Positions 52,440-64,000 of a stretch of 64,000 nt of DNA are shown here, piece by piece. The notes under the pieces were generated by a model. That model had not been told where the DNA came from, did not search any database, and worked only from the letters and a program-made list of their open reading frames with translations. The position numbers and the translations under genes were made by a program. The DNA lies in the NCBI GenBank assembly GCA_951406725.2, contig OX597823.1, positions 80,662,001-80,726,000 of the forward strand, read 5' to 3'. Each line of letters opens with the position of its first letter. Position 1 is the stretch's first letter. This DNA comes from Octopus vulgaris. Lineage: Eukaryota.

Positions 52440-52819
52440 AACTTAATAGCACCACGTGATAGGATTATCTAAATTTTGTGGTATTATGGTCAATTCAAGT
52501 AGTGAGTTCTTGTTGAGTGAGTTGTAGCCAGGTATGGGTGGCTTATCTGGTATTCCTTGTAGAAATTTGTCCAGACCCCGTTTAAAGGTGATGGGATCCT
52601 TTTCCTCTTTGATCAGTTTTGGGACAATGTCAAACAGGACAGGGCCTGTTGAAGAAAAGAAATTATGTCGCAGTGTACCTATATGATGTGATCCTGAATT
52701 GGGCAGCGGACATATGGCCCGTGGTCCCAGCCTTGGCTGAACCTTGAAACTGATGTTCAGGTCCTTAGGGCAATAGTGGCGGTATATTCTCCCCATCGTG
52801 CAAATGATGTACCGCAGCG

Positions 52820-52822
<3 letters not shown>
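52440..52822 (-). mobile_element. 3' end of a CR1/Crack-like LINE ORF2
   Basis: RYIICT...HNFFSSTGPVLFDIVPK...FKRGLDKFLQGIPDKP...NSLL. Confidence 0.75.
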
Positions 52823-52877
<55 letters not shown>

Positions 52878-52970
52878 TAAATATATATACATACATGCAT
52901 ATATATATGTGTGTATATATATATATAGATATACATACATATATACATATACCTAAATCCATACATATAT

Positions 52971-53009
<39 letters not shown>

Positions 53010-53010
53010 T

Positions 53011-53400
53011 AACTAATTTCGAGACGAACCACCACTCCACCATTCAGTCAATGAATAACCCATCCAAAACCATGCTGTGAGGCATATAGCATGCAAAATA
53101 CTAATCTAAAATTTTAATAATATATAATATTGAACAGTAAGATTATTACAATCATATAATATATGAGAGCAAATACATTAAAATCATAGCGAATACCATA
53201 CAAAGAAACATTCATCATAAAATTATTAATCTAAAATCAAATAACGTATAAACTGAACAATAAAAATGAATACAATAATATAATGTATAAAACTAAATAC
53301 TTGTACATCGACTACGCGCGTTTCATGTTTGAATTAGGACTATATAAAATCATATACGAAAACCATATCCAAGGTCATTAGTTCGTCTCTAAATTAGTTA
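53011..53400 (-). mobile_element. Penelope-like fragment with inverted ends and a degenerate hammerhead (53308-53385)
   Basis: TAACTAATTTCGAGACGAAC / GTTCGTCTCTAAATTAGTTA; minus strand CTAATGA...GAAAC-GCGC-GTA-GTCG. Confidence 0.5.
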
Positions 53401-53555
53401 TATACATATATTATATATTATATATATATTATATATTATATATATATATTATATAAACATATATTATATATTCGGTCTAATATTAGTATACTGAATTTTA
53501 CCTATAAGGTTAGAATAATAATTTATTCCCTCACACACACACACACACACACACA

Positions 53556-53637
<82 letters not shown>

Positions 53638-53811
53638 GGTTATAAAATGAGATAGGGGTTGAGAATTCAACCCACCATGGGATAATATATATCCAATATA
53701 CTGCCAGATAGGTACCCAACAAGACTAATACATAGATGTTAAAAATTGTCAAACAATCAGTTCATCTATTGTATTATATGGGTAAAGGTAATAATATTAC
53801 CGTAAATTAAT

Positions 53812-53881
53812 ACTACAAAATTAGAGAATGGAGAAACATGCTTAAATCTAAGCATGTTTCTCCATTCTCTAATTTTGTAGT
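53812..53881. repeat. Perfect hairpin, 33-bp arms and 4-nt loop
   Basis: ACTACAAAATTAGAGAATGGAGAAACATGCTTA-AATC-TAAGCATGTTTCTCCATTCTCTAATTTTGTAGT. Confidence 0.9.
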
Positions 53882-53917
53882 TATATATATATATATATAT
53901 ACACATATACATATACA

Positions 53918-54735
53918 TAGGGTGTGATGGGTAAATTGTCAACATCTTATATTTATAATTTCGCGCATGTACATTGTTTGTTTTTGATTTTGTCGGCTAC
54001 ACAGTATATTAGGGTCAGCTGGGCACCGTCTGTGAGAAAAACAGCACCATGACGCAATTCACTCTGCCAGTAATTTTGAAACGACATACTGTACTGCTTG
54101 GCATTTGCGTCGGAAGCTCCAATACGAACATTTCACAGTGTTTGGGTGTCAATCTGAGGACATGTACCGATAGTGATAAAAATCAAACATCCAGTCAACG
54201 TCATGGTGTTTGGAGTAATTACTAGTGATGGTGACGTTATACCTCCATCCATTTTCCCGCACGACCTCAAGCTCTGCCCCGGGTCAAGAACGTAGCTGCT
54301 GGAAGATCCGATGTCTGGCAACAGGACTCTGCACCATGTCACACAAGCAGGGGAACCCAGTCATGGCTATCAGACAATTTCTGCGACCACATCACCCCTA
54401 ACATCTGGCTACCTAACTCCCCAGACTACAACCCCCTTGATTATTATGTGTAGAGTGCAGTTGAGCGAGAGATCAACAAAACACCTTGTAACACCAAAGA
54501 TGAACTGAAGGCAAGGATTATGACAGTATTCACAAACTTAAACAAGGAAACCGTCCAGAACAATTGCAGGTGATTCCGAAGTCGTCTGGAGGCTGTGGTA
54601 AAGCCAATGGCGATTTTATTGAATAAATTTACTCTTTAGCATTTCAAGATATTTTTATGTAATTTTGGTAAATATATCTGTTAAAATGAGATGTCAGTGT
54701 TATTTTCATTTTTGCATAATTTAGACGACAGTTTG
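53918..54735 (+). mobile_element. Internally deleted Tc1/mariner-superfamily (maT/DD37D-like) transposon
   Basis: KHPVNVMVFGVITSDG; QQDSAPCHTS; WLPNSPDYNPLDYYV; FRSRLEAVV; inserted in a TA-rich microsatellite. Confidence 0.8.
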
Positions 54736-55730
54736 TGTGTATGTGTGTGTGTGTGTGTGTGTGTTTGTGTGTGTTTGTGTGTGTATGTGTGTTTGTGTGT
54801 GTGTGTGTGTGTGTGTTTGTGTGTGTGTACAACTGACACTCCGTCAATTACGGAAACCTGTGTTCCACATGATCCAATCAACAGAAAAGCCTGCTCTTGA
54901 AGTTAACGTTCAAGTGGTTGAATACTCCACAGAAACGCATACCCTTAATGTAGTTCCCAGGGAGATTCAGGATGACACAGTATGTGACAAACTGTCTCAG
55001 ATAGTACTCACTTTTGCCAGTAGAGTGGACTGGAGCAAGGTTAAATAAAGTGTCTTGCTCAAGGAAACAACGAGCCGCTGGGAATCGAACGTATGACCTT
55101 ACAATCGTGAGCAGAATACTCTAACCACTAAGCCACGTGCCTTCATATATACCATGTGTGTGTGCCTTTGTATTTGTCCCGCCCACTACCACAACTAACC
55201 CCTTTAAGGTGGTGCCCCAGCATGGCTGCAGTCCACGACTGAAGCAAGAAGAAGATAAAAAATATATCTAGCTAATTATTATTTAATATCTTCTGTTAAT
55301 TGACGTAAATGGTAATATAGAAAGCAAGGGCCCTCTACCCACACAAAAACACACATGGCTGTGTGGTATAGGCGCAAGAGTGGCTGTGTGGTAAGTAGCT
55401 TGCTTACCAACCACATGGCACTTTGGGCAAGTCTCTTCTATTATAGCCGCGGGCCGACCAAAGCCTTGTGAGTGGATTTGGTAGACGGAAACTGAAAGCC
55501 CGTCGTATATATGCATATATATGTGTATGTGAGTGTATATGTTTGTGTGTCTGTGTTTGTCCCTCCAATATCGCTTGACAACCGATGCTGGTATGTTTAC
55601 GTCCTCGTAACTTAGCGGTTCGGCAAAAGTGACCGATAGAATAAGTACTAGGCTTCCACTGCTACCATCCACAACGGGTCACTTTCAGGGCACTTGACTA
55701 TTTAACATACTACTGTCATGGCACTCCCGC

Positions 55731-55973
55731 ATTCTTCTTCTTCTTCTTCTTCTTCTTCTTCTTCTTCTTCTTCTTCTTCTACTTCTTCTTCTTTTTCTTT
55801 TTCTTCTTCTTCTTCTTCTTCTTCTTCTTCTTCTTCTTCTTCTTCTTCTTTTTCTTTTTCTTTTTTTCTTTTTCTTTTTCTTCTTCTTCTTCTTCTTTTT
55901 CTTTTTCTTTTTCTTCTTCTTCTTCTTCTTCTTTTTCTTTTTCTTTTTCTTTTTCTTTTTCTTCTTCTTCTTC
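55731..55973. repeat. (CTT)n/(CTTTTT)n polypyrimidine tract
   Basis: About 240 bp of almost pure pyrimidine; source of the poly-K/R/S ORFs. Confidence 0.95.
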
Positions 55974-56136
55974 CCTACCAAGAATTCGCAACGACCTCGA
56001 ACCCACAAGAGTAAACAAGAGAGACAGAAACAGGCAGAAACAAGGAAAATGCCACTTGTATTTGAACACTATGCAAATATTCTTTTAAAAAACTTTTCTT
56101 TTAATTTTTCCAAAATTTTATTATTTTCCATACTTA

Positions 56137-56172
56137 CAGTTGAAAAAGTCTCAATGATTGAAACCGGTACTG
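56137..56172 (+). ncRNA. Degenerate minimal hammerhead
   Basis: CAG-TTGAAAA-AGTC-TCAAT-GATT-GAAAC-CG-GTA-CTG. Stems intact, two core substitutions. Confidence 0.45.
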
Positions 56173-56266
56173 AAATGTTTTTTTATAAAATTATTTTAGC
56201 ATTTTCTACCTTGACTTTTTTTTGGCATATATATATATATATATATATGCGGTGGTGGTGGTGGTC

Positions 56267-56318
<52 letters not shown>

Positions 56319-56445
56319 ATTATAAACATAATTATGAAATTTTTGTGTAAGTTTACCGATAATGGTTCTTTTAACAAACCGAACTATTTGGTAAGGTTAT
56401 TAATTATAAATTGATTAATTAATTTTACCCTTTATCATTATTGAT

Positions 56446-56484
<39 letters not shown>

Positions 56485-57156
56485 ATATATATGAGTATAT
56501 ACACGCACATGCGCGCACCCGCACACACACAAGCACACACATACACACACAAACACACACACACACACAAAGACACACACATATCCAACTGTACACATTA
56601 GCTAGGGTCGACGATCGCTTAGAGCACCGAAATATGGGGACACAAATTTTGAGTAACGAATAGGAAATTTCATAATTCAACTAAAACAAAATCCTTTGTT
56701 AAAAAAATTAAGAAAAGAAGAAAGGAGGTCGGAGTCACTCCCAAAACAGGCGGGGATAACGGATAGAGGTAATGTAGGCGTGGAGGAAACGAGAGAGGCG
56801 TTTTGTTATGACGTCAAACATTTCAAATTTTGTCAGACAATAGACTTATTCAGTGGTGATATGCAGACTCATAAAACTATAGACATCTTGTTCATAAGTT
56901 AATTGTAAGTTTTTCGACTGCATTTTTTAGTTGGTGTAAAGAGGGTGGTGAGTAGATGAAGTAGTAGAAAAAATTGCCGAAGGAGATGCGCGTTGTTGAG
57001 TTCGCTTAAGTCAACGAATACTCTGGCACCAGCCTGGTACATATACTGGCAAATACATACACACACATGTGTGTGTGCGTATGTGTTATGTTTGTGTGTG
57101 TGCGTATGTGTGTGTGGAGGCGGGTGTGTATTTAATAACGGGTTGACTCAGATGCA

Positions 57157-57700
57157 CATTACTTACAGTTCCGTACGTACAAAACCCGTTCTCATCAGAT
57201 GTTCAGAGCTAGAATGAAAAGAATTTAAAAGAAATTTATGTTAACTTCTGAGTGAGAGGTTTTCTGTTCCATCGGTTGCTTCTAGTCACGTGAGTATTTT
57301 ATCAATCTTAGTGGTCTCAGTTATTTCATTGCATGTTCCATGTGGTACGGTACACAGGATTTTGGCATGAGTTGGTCGACATTCTGTAGAGTCTGACATT
57401 TAAACATTAGTTCTCTCATTGCGTGCTCCGCGTGGTCGAGCATAGAGAATGATGGCGTCAGTTAGTCGGCCAGCTGGATTATTATACACCCTGCCATTTG
57501 TGTGGCACAGCTAGGTCAAGGGTGATATTTCTGGAATTTCAGTGGCCAATGGTTTGAAGTTCATTAACGGAACATGTCTCTGGTAACAACAACGGAATAA
57601 GTCGGTTTTCCTATTGATTTACATTGCCGGCTGTTGGAGTATGTGAATTTTGTTAACGAAGCAGAGTTAGCTGTTATTATTTATCGACCTTTGACGCGAT
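57157..57700 (-). mobile_element. Possible decayed Penelope-like 3' end with a hammerhead-like motif at 57157-57201
   Basis: Minus strand CAT-CTGATGA-GAACG...CGTAC-GGAAC-TGTAA-GTA-ATG. Upstream frames only faintly resemble GIY-YIG. Confidence 0.3.
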
Positions 57701-57719
57701 CCCATTGTCTGTAATTTGA

Positions 57720-58236
57720 TAGTCGATGTAGAAGTTAGGGGTAGATGAATGGCTTGTGAGGGATATACAAGCCATGTACAGAGATTCAGACAGCAAGATG
57801 AGACTTATTAATGAGAATAGCGATTAATTTAGCGTGAAGTTTGTGATCCACCAAGGCTCACTTCGCAGTTCCCTTCTATCTATCATAGTTCCTTAGAACA
57901 TAGCTGAGACGTTAAAGACTGGTTATGCATGGGAAGACCTATATGCAAATGATTTAATTCTTAGAGGTAATTTTGTAGTAGAATTTAAGAAAAAATTCCA
58001 GACGTGGAAACAAGAGGTTTCAAAACAAATTTATTAAACACCAAGTAGGAAAGTAAACATATAGGCGCAGGAGTGGCTGTGTGTTAAGCAGATTGCTTAC
58101 CAACCGCATGGTTCTGGGTTCAGTCCCACTTCGTAGCACCTTGGGCAAGTGTCTTCTACTATAGCCTCGGGCCGACCAAAGCCTTGTGAGTGGATTTGGT
58201 AGACGGAAACTGAAAAGAAGCTGTCGTATATAATTG

Positions 58237-58267
<31 letters not shown>

Positions 58268-59240
58268 TGTGTATGTGTGTGTGTGTGTATGTATGTATGT
58301 GTGTGTGTGTTTATGTTTGTGTGTCTGTGTCCCTCCCCCAGCATCGCTTGACAACCGATGCTGGTGTGTTTACGTCCCCGTAACTTAGCGGTTCGACAAA
58401 ATAAGTACTAGAATAAGTACTAGGCTTACAAAGAATAAGTCCTGGGGTCGATTTGCTCGACTAAAGGCGGTGCTCCAGCATGGCCGCAGTCAAATAATAA
58501 AAGACTTAAAGAGAGTAAAGAGTATGATCCTGACACCGCCAGGAAACGGCCGTGCCTGATATGCAGAAAGGAATTAGACTGAAATTCCATCCAGTACTCC
58601 CTGCGTAAGCTATGGACGTACAAGAAGTGTAGTAGTATCAAAGGTATGCTAATGAGCAGGCTAGACTTTATATGCAGAAGATGTTCAGGAATTGTAAGCA
58701 CTGAGAGTATATCCGAAAAAGATTCACCCAATTGCTTTGGAAGTTCTTTGAGAGTAGTTGATAAACAACTGTCGGGGAGGGTGCAGTATATTAGCCAGAA
58801 TAAGTACTGGCTGGAAGAAATTTAGAGCTATTACCTTCGCTAGTAACAAGGGAGTTCTCTCTCAAAGTGCTGGTGGGGACGGGATGATGCCTGTGTACGA
58901 AATAAGATGTGAGTGAAGCGTAAGCTCTGAATGTAGAGGATTTGCAAAAACTAGAAAGAAATGAAGCAAGCATTGGATGTTAAAGTTTAAAGTAATGTGA
59001 ATGATAAAGTACAAATCAGCTGAGAGAAAGGTTGTGTTTGACAGGAATCAGTTGTAGTATTCAAGAGAAAAGGCTGCGCTAATATGGGTATATGAAGAGT
59101 AAGGGAGGATAACAACTGTATTTAAAAAGTGTAGGGCATTTAAAGTGGATGGAACCTGAAGAAGAGACTGTGAAAGACACGAGAATAGTGGTGAAGACTG
59201 ATCTCAAGATACTGAGCCTTATAGAGGAGGTAACATGAGG
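57720..59240 (+). pseudogene. Decayed RTE-like LINE (RT region to 3' end), interrupted by a SINE
   Basis: LGVDEWLVR.IQAMY, IHQGS, LYANDLIL (decayed YADD), Cys-rich PCLICRK...KKCS, TGWKKFR. Confidence 0.7.
58062..58525 (+). mobile_element. SINE family A
   Basis: Same consensus; internal (TG)n. Confidence 0.9.
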
Positions 59241-59343
59241 TCGCAGTGATTAACGAAATGTAGTGGTGAATAGGACCAATCCAACCATACAAATATGGTG
59301 AAACGAACGTCGAAATTGTGCTTTGACTGGACGTTGAATAATT

Positions 59344-59826
59344 TGTAGGGCTGAATTAGGCTGCGTGCTGTTTCCCCGTATAAAACCAAATCCATTTTAG
59401 GTTTTTGATAAGACAATTTATTTATACACTACAATGATTACAAAGTTACTTGCAACAGGCTGTATGACTGATTACCGGTAGAGAGTCTTGTATGTATGTT
59501 GTATCTGGCTAAGAATTAGATAACAAAATTCGTGCAGCAACAGGCAGGAAAATTCGATATTCATTGTAAACAAACGATTCCTTTAATCCCGAGTCAAGCA
59601 GCGACCAAGAAACCTGTCTTCTAAGAAAATCCCGAAACCTCTGCAATGGCTGTCCACGCTTCTCTTTTTATAGCCATGTTTTGGCGGAAAAGCATGGAAA
59701 ATTCTATCGATCGTTGGATTACTGCCAAAATACCACTGGTTAAAATTCAGGCCTAGTCGCTTGATGTTGTGGCCTATTTCTCCTTACTGACCTAATGCGA
59801 TTTCAAGTCTCGTCACCTCATGTACA
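59344..59826 (-). mobile_element. Possible solo LTR, ~480 bp
   Basis: TGTA...TACA ends, near-TSD AATT/AATA, minus-strand TATAAAA (~59666) upstream of AATAAA (~59418). Confidence 0.45.
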
Positions 59827-60233
59827 AATATAATAATGATTAATATTATTATACCTGTGTTTATTTTGATAGTAAGATAAAAGAAAAATCGACATTGTTT
59901 GTAAAAGAATTTAGATTTACACACCCTAGGTAAATTTCGTTCGCGCATTTATTTCAGAAAAGAACTCAAAAAGTGTAAGTGTAAGGTATGATAGTTTATG
60001 GCTGGCCGTCAACACTTTTTTCTGCAAAATAGGGGTAGTTTATCCTATTCATGCTATATTATTAGCATTATCCTGCGTTTGAGAATAAACAAAAAATGAC
60101 TTCTTTAACTTAATATAAATAGTTTATACAAGTTATTCAAGAGTTTCAATAGCTCAATGTTTTCTCAGAGGTGAGAAAATGGTGAGTCATTGAAAGACTT
60201 CTAACAATTGTAGGGAACTTATTTATATAAATC

Positions 60234-60272
<39 letters not shown>

Positions 60273-60333
60273 TTCGAAGTTGTGCAACAAAAGAAAGAAC
60301 AAAAGACTGAAACAGGTGAAGGAACTTCAATCT

Positions 60334-60411
60334 ATGTATGTATGTATGTATGTATGTATGTATGTATGTATGTATGTATGCATATATATATACATATATA
60401 TATACATATAC

Positions 60412-60463
<52 letters not shown>

Positions 60464-60670
60464 CGGGAAGCTTTATGAAAATAGACAAAAGACGAAGGCA
60501 GGTTTACGGAAAAAACAAAAGACGAAGGCAGGTGGAATACAAACAAACAATTGTATTAGTATGGCGCTCAGGAATGTGTGTGTATGTATATATATGTATG
60601 TATGTATGTATGTATATATATGTATGTATGTATGTATATATATGTATGTATATATGTATATATATGTATT

Positions 60671-60703
<33 letters not shown>

Positions 60704-60732
60704 GTATATATATATATGTATATATATATATG

Positions 60733-60781
<49 letters not shown>

Positions 60782-60786
60782 GTATG

Positions 60787-60819
<33 letters not shown>

Positions 60820-60832
60820 GTATATATATATG

Positions 60833-60894
<62 letters not shown>

Positions 60895-60930
60895 TATACA
60901 TACATACATACATATATATATATATATATG
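60334..60930. repeat. (TATG)n/(TA)n microsatellite field
   Basis: Directly visible; source of the 217-aa and 219-aa ORFs. Confidence 0.95.
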
Positions 60931-61416
60931 TAAGAGGATAATTTTATAACTTCGTTAAACCAAAAAGCAATTTCGTTAAACTTAAGAACAAAAATAAAGA
61001 TAGAACTGCAGCTGGAAGTGCTCATGTGACACCGAGGAGAAAGGTGAGATAAATTGAAAGTTGTAATGAATAAACACTCCAATTAATCAAAACAACCTTA
61101 TATCATTCCCAAAACGACCAAAAATCGAATATAGATATATATTAAAATAATAGGGTACCCAATGGTAAAACCCAATAGTATGAAATACACACGCATACAC
61201 CAATAAAACGTGATAAAAGCTAAAAGGGTAATACGAGTGAAGTCGAATGAGGAAAACTACATGGAATAAATTCTTGCATAATAAAGGCGGCTAAAAATTT
61301 AAGGCAATGGAGCTCTAAATAATATAAATATAAATATAAATATATATAAAAATACAAGGGTATAAATATACAAAAATAAAGTGTAAGGAAACCAGAACAG
61401 AGTCCATTCAAGCCCA

Positions 61417-61506
61417 TCTCTACGATCGTTTCAAAGGATGCTGCTTTACATCGTTTATGTGCAATCCATTAAGGAAATCCAACGGCAGGACCTTTTCATC
61501 AGGAGA
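61417..61506 (-). ncRNA. Type I hammerhead ribozyme with intact core and long stem II
   Basis: Minus strand TCTC-CTGATGA-AAAGG(tc)CTGC...GCAG(cat)CCTTT-GAAAC-GATC-GTA-GAGA; palindromic helix III. Confidence 0.75.
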
Positions 61507-61524
61507 AAACTTCCCATTTCTGGT

Positions 61525-61607
<83 letters not shown>

Positions 61608-61892
61608 CATATATATATCTACATCTATATATATACATATATATATATATGTATACATGTATATACACTCACATATATGCATATATATATATATATATAC
61701 GCACGCACACACATTTATAAGTGTATTCCAAGCAGCTGAGGTTATAGATCTCCACTGAAACAATACATTTAACCCCAGCTGCCTGAAATGTGTGAACTGA
61801 TACAACGATACATATAAACACGTGCCCGCGTGTGTATCGTTGGCGATTTTCTTTCTCCGTCTTCCTTTCCTCGGGCTTTTCCTTTTTCTATA

Positions 61893-61926
61893 TTTCTGAC
61901 AAAGAGCTCCGCTCGAAACGTTTAAT
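61893..61926 (+). ncRNA. Degenerate minimal hammerhead
   Basis: CTGACAA-AGAGC-TCC-GCTC-GAAAC-GTT; core G replaced by A, possibly by CpG decay. Confidence 0.45.
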
Positions 61927-62570
61927 TCTCCTTCTTTCTTTACTTTACTGAGCGTCCATTAACACTATACTTGTTCCACGTCCTCGCGTTGTTGTGTTTT
62001 CTCTTTGTCCATGTTTGGATTATCTATTTTAGTTTCTGGTTTTTTCTTTCTTTTGTCTTTTTAGTTTTTGTTTTTCGTATAGAGAAGACAAAAGAAGCGA
62101 ACAACCTGACACTTGTTTCGATTTTATTCGGAGCATTGAAGCGGCGAGCTGGCAGAACCGTTAGCACGCCGGAAAAAAATGCTTAGCGGCATTTCGTCTA
62201 CCTTTACGTTCTGCGTTCCAGTTCTGCAGGGGTTAACTTTGCTTTTCATCCTTTCTAAGTCGATAAAATAAGTAACAACTAAGTACAGAGGTCGATGTAA
62301 CTGATTTCTCCACACTTCAAAAATGCCAAAATAAGAATGATTTATATTTTGAGTCTTCTTCAGAAGCCGTCTCCGTCAGCTTCTGTCCGCAGAGAAATAC
62401 AATGGCTTTATTAGACTACCTGTGACCCGTTTGGTCACCAGGAAAGTCTGAGATTCCCAGGAACAGAGTTTTGTTTCATGATTTTTTTGTCTTTTCCAGG
62501 TTATTTCGCATGCTTTCAGCGAATGTCATATCGAAATCGCGCTTAAACGGCTTCTTTCCCCAGAAAAGGT

Positions 62571-62688
62571 AAGATTTGGCTGCTATTTCTAGCACGCCCT
62601 GCTACCACGTAACAGGTATTTCGGATCCTTTATCGCAAATAGCTATTACGTGGTAGCAGGGCGTGCTAGAAATAGCAAACAAATCTTT
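62571..62688. repeat. Small fold-back element, ~42-bp arms
   Basis: AAGATTTGGCTGCTATTTCTAGCACGCCCTGCTACCACGTAA / TTACGTGGTAGCAGGGCGTGCTAGAAATAGCAAACAAATCTT. The same end motif occurs near 38322 and 49760. Confidence 0.8.
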
Positions 62689-63322
62689 GGAGGTGCGATA
62701 CGTTGAATGCATTCGAAAAAAAAACTATGGAAAAAAATTATTTCACACAGAGGTTACGAACTGGTCTTTTACGAAATATTTACCGTATTTTAAAGTCATT
62801 TTTACTTTAAAATGTTTTTTAAATATGCCAAAAGAAATTTTTTGTAAAGGTATTCACTTGAAAATAATTGTTAAAAAACATTAAAATATTGTTTAAAGAA
62901 ATTAAAATATAAATTCTTACTGTACAAACAACTTACATTTTTGAAATCACATTCACTTAAAGGATATTTCTAAATGATTAAAATATTGTGTGCTCAAAAG
63001 TGTCCAAAAAATACTATATAAGATGGGAATCGCAATTCGTAACAAATGGACACATTTTTATGCATTCTAACTTTGTTGTAGCAGATCATATGCATATGAA
63101 ACAGTAATGCTGTGAAACTGCTGGAAATAAACCGTGGTCCCGATTCTTTCGGTGTCGGCTGGGCTAGAAAGGGTGTTGCCCTGGCAACTAGGGCAACACC
63201 CCTACATCCGCCACTGGCATAAGCGTTGCTTTTTTTTTTTGCCGCACCGCTACGTTGAGGAAACGAAAATGAAGAGAGGATGCGCAGTTTTTGTATTGTG
63301 TGAAGGATTGAGCAGATAGGGA

Positions 63323-63457
63323 CACTAGCGTAGATAAACGGGGGTGGTCCGCCCCGGGCAGCACTTTTATTGGGGCAGGACCACTTTTAGGTCTGCTGTA
63401 GGCAATATGTACTTTTGAGGGGCCCCGCGGGCGGCGCACACTCTAGCTACGCTAGTG
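63323..63457. mobile_element. hAT-like MITE
   Basis: TIR CACTAGCGTAG / CTACGCTAGTG; 8-bp TSD GATAGGGA/GATAAGGA. Confidence 0.75.
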
Positions 63458-64000
63458 GATAAGGATGTGTACATGTGTGTGCGTTTTATATTTTCTCTGG
63501 GAGGAAACTGGTAGCTTTTGTTGTGAATATATTTGTGTGTGAGTGTATGTAATTATTTAGACAAAGGTTCGTGTGACAAGAATATTTTGCGTGTTAATGC
63601 GAATGTGTGCAAGTATGCGCGCGTATCGTGTTAATACGTATGTGTACTTTTGAAGGATATTTTTTTTTGTATGTATTAATGGAATGGGATGGAAACTGAA
63701 TAGGAAATGTAGAAAGCTTGTTTGTTTTGGTTGTGGATGTGGGTTTGAAGGGTACGGGTAGGGATACGTGTGTATATTTAAGTATTGTTATATATAGTAA
63801 TGTTTTATATATACGTGTGTGTGTTTGTAGATTGTGTGTCTCAGTGTACGCGTTTCTTTTGTGTGGATTTGTCAGCGAGTAAACTTCGCGGTATTTACAC
63901 TATTTTGTGGTTGTGTGAATGTGGGAATATATTGTGTACGTAGCTTTTATATGTGAGAGTTCGGCTCGGTGTATTTGTTGTGTTGGCGCATACAAATTTC

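Noticed and set aside
55685-56069. Poly-K/R protamine-like and poly-S ORFs
   Set aside because: Products of the (CTT)n tract.
60232-61082. ORFs of up to 219 aa rich in Y/I/M/C/V
   Set aside because: Translations of (TA)n/(TATG)n microsatellites; the same applies to ORFs at 33362, 45418-46124, 48323-48623 and 51248-51701.

Overview
AT-rich, repeat-dense eukaryotic DNA with no prokaryote-style gene organisation. The tRNA-derived SINE families and very abundant (TA)n/(CA)n/(TACA)n microsatellites resemble an octopus (coleoid cephalopod) genome; this is recognition from memory, not a database result. Most ORFs in the supplied track are microsatellite or SINE artefacts. The only convincing host coding sequence is a terminal exon at 1285-1452. 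The rest is transposon-derived: a near-full-length L1/Tx1-type LINE (12395-17710, 14-bp TSD), decayed Gypsy, CRE-like, Chapaev3-like, mariner, maT-like, CR1-like and RTE-like remnants, two probable solo LTRs, two Helitron-like elements, many MITEs and about 35 SINE copies. The most striking structure is a three-level nest. The LINE sits at the 5' edge of a hammerhead ribozyme inside a 326-bp, partially tandem retrozyme/Penelope-like unit, which has its own 13-bp TSD and an inverted 5' end. The LINE 5' UTR carries a near-copy of the sequence just upstream of its target, and the LINE has no poly(A) tail. At least six other minimal hammerhead motifs and several long fold-back palindromes are also present.
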